From a candidate division WOR-3 bacterium (lineage in GTDB: Bacteria; Hydrothermota; Tepidihabitantia; Tepidihabitantales; DTDR01): DNA of 17,745 nt. Shown here in pieces: positions 14,878 to 17,745 of this stretch (position 1 is the stretch's first letter; each line of letters starts with the position of its first letter). The notes under the pieces are model-generated. The model made no database searches and was not told the DNA's origin. It worked only from the letters and a program-made list of their open reading frames with translations. Location: positions 1-17,745 of the forward strand of contig JBDRVN010000038.1 in NCBI GenBank assembly GCA_039801885.1, given 5' to 3'. A program made the position numbers and the translations under genes.

Positions 14878-16307
14878 TTTACTATTAATTCTCTTCCGGC
14901 TTTACCTTCATCTAATCTTCTTACTGGTGTATTATGGGGCGCATTCCTTACTAATTCCGGATTCTCTTTTATCTCCTCTTTTATTTTTGCCATTACCGAA
15001 ATAAATCTATCAAGTTCTTCTTTTGGTTCGGTTTCGGTCGGCTCAATCATAAAGGCTTCGGAAACAATTAACGGGAAATAGACCGTTGGTGCATGACAAT
15101 TATAATCTAATAATCTTTTGGCAATATCTAAACCCCTAATATCCTGTTTTTTAAAATCCTTTAAGGTCAAAACAAATTCGTGTAAAGTGCTTGTTTTATA
15201 TTCGCAAGAAAAACCAATCTCTTCTAATCTTTTTCGCAAATAATTGGCATTTAATACTGCCACCTGTGACACCTTTTTCAAACCTTTTATTCCGTTCATT
15301 CTTATGTAAGTATAAGCCTTAACAAAAACATTAAAATTACCATAAAAACTTGCTGTCTTGCCAATAGATTCTTTATCATATTTAAGATAATATTTTTCAT
15401 TCTTTTTTTCAATTTTGGGATTTGGTAGGTAAGGAACTAAAAAATCCTTCGCACCTACTGGACCTGCTCCAGGACCACCGCCACCATGGGGCGTAGAAAA
15501 GGTTTTGTGAAGATTAAAATGCATAATATCAACACCCGCATCGCCAGGTCGATGAATTCCGCAATAGGCATTCAAATTGGCACCATCTAAATATACCAAG
15601 GCACCATATTTATGTAATTCTTCACAAATCAATTTAATATTCTTTTCAAAAATTCCTAAAGTATTAGGATTGGTGATCATCAAACAGGCAACTTGACTAT
15701 TTAAATTCTTTTTCAAATCTTCTAAATCAATCATCCCTTCACCATTAGATTTAATTGTTTGAGCAACAAATCCCGCCATACTCACACTTGCCGGATTTGT
15801 CCCGTGAGCCGAATCGGGAATTAAAACAATCTTTCTATCTTCTTTTTTATTCATAAAATATTTCTTGATAACCAGCATCGCGGTTAATTCACCACTAGCT
15901 CCGGCTGGCGGCTGTAAAGAAACATAACCCATTCCGGAAATCTCTTTTAAGAAATAAATAAGTTCATACATCAATTTCAAGGCACCTTGAATATCCTTTT
16001 CTCCTTGTAAAGGATGGAGATAGAGAAAATCTTCGTAACTTGCTACTTCTTCGTTCACCTTGGGATTGTGCTTCATCGTGCAACTTCCTAACGGATAGAT
16101 TCCTTTATCTAAATGGTAATTCAAACCCGAAAGACGGATAAAATGTCTAATCACTTCTATTTCTGAAACTTCAATAAATTCAAAATCCTTTCTTAAAAGA
16201 TTTTCTGAAAGATAATTTTTAACATCTTTCTCGGGAACATCAATCTCGCCCAAATAGTCATTAAACTTTCCCTTTTTAGAATATTCTTTGATTAATTTCT
16301 CAAGCAT
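14868..16307 (-). CDS. gcvPB: Glycine dehydrogenase (decarboxylating) subunit 2
   Basis: YPLGSCTMKHNP, PDSAHGTNPAS, TNPNTLG, PLP-lysine motif HFNLHKTFSTPHGGGGPGAGP and IEPTETE. Confidence 0.96.
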   Translation of the reverse strand: MLEKLIKEYSKKGKFNDYLGEIDVPEKDVKNYLSENLLRKDFEFIEVSEIEVIRHFIRLSGLNYHLDKGIYPLGSCTMKHNPKVNEEVASYEDFLYLHPLQGEKDIQGALKLMYELIYFLKEISGMGYVSLQPPAGASGELTAMLVIKKYFMNKKEDRKIVLIPDSAHGTNPASVSMAGFVAQTIKSNGEGMIDLEDLKKNLNSQVACLMITNPNTLGIFEKNIKLICEELHKYGALVYLDGANLNAYCGIHRPGDAGVDIMHFNLHKTFSTPHGGGGPGAGPVGAKDFLVPYLPNPKIEKKNEKYYLKYDKESIGKTASFYGNFNVFVKAYTYIRMNGIKGLKKVSQVAVLNANYLRKRLEEIGFSCEYKTSTLHEFVLTLKDFKKQDIRGLDIAKRLLDYNCHAPTVYFPLIVSEAFMIEPTETEPKEELDRFISVMAKIKEEIKENPELVRNAPHNTPVRRLDEGKAGRELIVKWS

Positions 16308-16311
16308 ATTT

Positions 16312-16506
16312 TTATCCCTTATAATGTTTCATAAAATTCTCAATCGAACGGTCATAAGTTCTTTCTAATTCTTTGGAGAAAAAACAAGCCGGAACTTCTT
16401 TTCTTTTTAAATGATAATGAAGACATTCACAACATTTTCCCTTCTTTTCACAAGTAGGATAAGAACAATTACAAATACTTAAATTCCTTTTAATATTACA
16501 CTCCAT
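16312..16506 (-). CDS. Small Cys-rich protein (DUF6485-like)
   Basis: [21 protein letters not shown]...EVPACFF...ERTYDRS, with 8 Cys; TGATG overlap with gcvPA and 4 nt before gcvPB. Family name is from recognition of the motif, not from a search. Confidence 0.8.
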   Translation of the reverse strand: MECNIKRNLSICNCSYPTCEKKGKCCECLHYHLKRKEVPACFFSKELERTYDRSIENFMKHYKG

Positions 16507-17745
16507 CAGAAACTCCTTTTTAGAAATTCTACAAAATAATCCATTTCTTCTTTCTTTCTTTTCTCCGTTACCGAGATAAGCAAAGTATCTTTCAAGTTTT
16601 CATCTTTGGTTATTTCATATAAATTAATACCGGCATAAATTCTCTCTTTTTTACATTTATTAAGCAATTCTTTAACCGAAACTTTACTTTTTATTGTAAA
16701 TTCTTTAAAGAAAGGTTTATCAGAAACCTTTTCAAAGATGGGTAGGGATAAAAGATTTTCATAAAGATAATGGCTTTTCTGTAAGGAAAAATTGGCAACC
16801 TTTTTAAGTCCTTCTTTTCCCATTAAAGAAAGATAAATAGCCGCCCTTAAAGCACAAAGTTGTTGATTAGTACAGATATTTGATGTTGCCTTTTCCCTTC
16901 TAATATGTTGTTCCCTTGTTTGTAAAACCGTAACATAACCAACTTTTCCTTCTTTATCAACTGTCTTGCCACAAATCCTACCCGGTAGGTCTCTGATATA
17001 TTCTTTTTTACTTGTTAAAATTCCTAAAAGTGGTCCACCAAAAGAAGGATAAAGACCTAATGATTGACCTTCACTAGTTGCCAAATCAGCACCATAATCT
17101 CCCGGTGGTTTCAAAATTGCTAAAGAAATTGGGTCGCAGGAAACAATCAATTTTCCATTATATTTTTGAACAATTTGGGAAAGTGCTTCAACATCTTCTA
17201 TAAAACCAAAGAAGTTAGGAGTTTGAAATACTAAAAAGAAATTCTTTTCTAATTCCTTTGCCTTTTTTTCTAAATAATCAATATCAATAGTAAATTCCTT
17301 TAAAGGAATTTTAATAAAGTTTATATCTTGACCTAAAAAATAGGTTTTAATAACTTCCCAATAGAAAGGCGAAATACCTGAAGAGATTAAGCAATTTTTA
17401 TAACCTTTCTTTTTTAACACATAAATCGCCTCTGCCAAAGCAGTAGCACCATCATAATGGGAAGCAGTAGAGACATCCATTTTGAATAAATCACAGACCA
17501 AAGATTGAAACTCAAACATCGCCTGTAAAGTTCCTTGAGATACTTCCGGTTGATAGGGAGTATAAGCAGTATAAAACTCGCTTCTTAAAACAATCTGGTC
17601 AATACAAGAAGGAATATAATGGTCATAAATACCGCCGCCTAAAAAAGAGATGTAAGAAGAAATTGTCTTATTCTCTTGGGAAATCTTTTTTAATTCTTTT
17701 CTTGCTTCTAATTCTTTTAATACTTTAACCTTCTCTTCATCTAAT
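16506..17745 (-). CDS. gcvPA: Glycine dehydrogenase (decarboxylating) subunit 1; 5' end lies outside the window
   Basis: The frame stays open from the window edge past the track's start at 17519: ...[13 protein letters not shown]...[26 protein letters not shown]...[10 protein letters not shown]...[20 protein letters not shown]. Confidence 0.96.
   Translation of the reverse strand, partial: LDEEKVKVLKELEARKELKKISQENKTISSYISFLGGGIYDHYIPSCIDQIVLRSEFYTAYTPYQPEVSQGTLQAMFEFQSLVCDLFKMDVSTASHYDGATALAEAIYVLKKKGYKNCLISSGISPFYWEVIKTYFLGQDINFIKIPLKEFTIDIDYLEKKAKELEKNFFLVFQTPNFFGFIEDVEALSQIVQKYNGKLIVSCDPISLAILKPPGDYGADLATSEGQSLGLYPSFGGPLLGILTSKKEYIRDLPGRICGKTVDKEGKVGYVTVLQTREQHIRREKATSNICTNQQLCALRAAIYLSLMGKEGLKKVANFSLQKSHYLYENLLSLPIFEKVSDKPFFKEFTIKSKVSVKELLNKCKKERIYAGINLYEITKDENLKDTLLISVTEKRKKEEMDYFVEFLKRSF

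Noticed and set aside
17519-17745. gcvPA as N-terminally truncated (337 aa in the track)
   Set aside because: The frame continues without stops to the window edge through conserved GcvPA motifs, so the true start is outside the window.

Overview
This is an AT-rich bacterial chromosomal region (roughly 30% GC by eye, not computed). A SurA-like chaperone and a possible outer-membrane protein suggest a diderm, and the Lys/Glu-rich proteins would fit a thermophile (inference). There are three blocks. (1) Left, minus strand: agmatinase (speB), then two unannotated Cys-rich micro-ORFs missed by the ORF track, then a PrsA/PpiC-type lipoprotein and a SurA-like foldase that runs off the edge. (2) Middle, plus strand: rtcB-uvrC; a small membrane protein plus a possible beta-barrel protein; then cvpA-glyS-DUF192-macrodomain. 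(3) Right, minus strand, tightly coupled: gcvPA (partial), DUF6485-like Cys-rich protein, gcvPB, hypothetical, glmL-like ATPase, queF, queuosine-precursor transporter. No rRNA, tRNA, CRISPR array or mobile element was seen. The most novel signal is the pair of paralogous 51- and 59-aa microproteins after speB. Each has two CC-x2-C-x5-C motifs, one ending in a strongly basic tail and the other in a strongly acidic (E/D)E(D/N)F-repeat tail. Other points of interest are an orphan GlmL ATPase inside a glycine-cleavage/queuosine operon, likely leaderless transcripts, and stem-loops in the speB-rtcB spacer.
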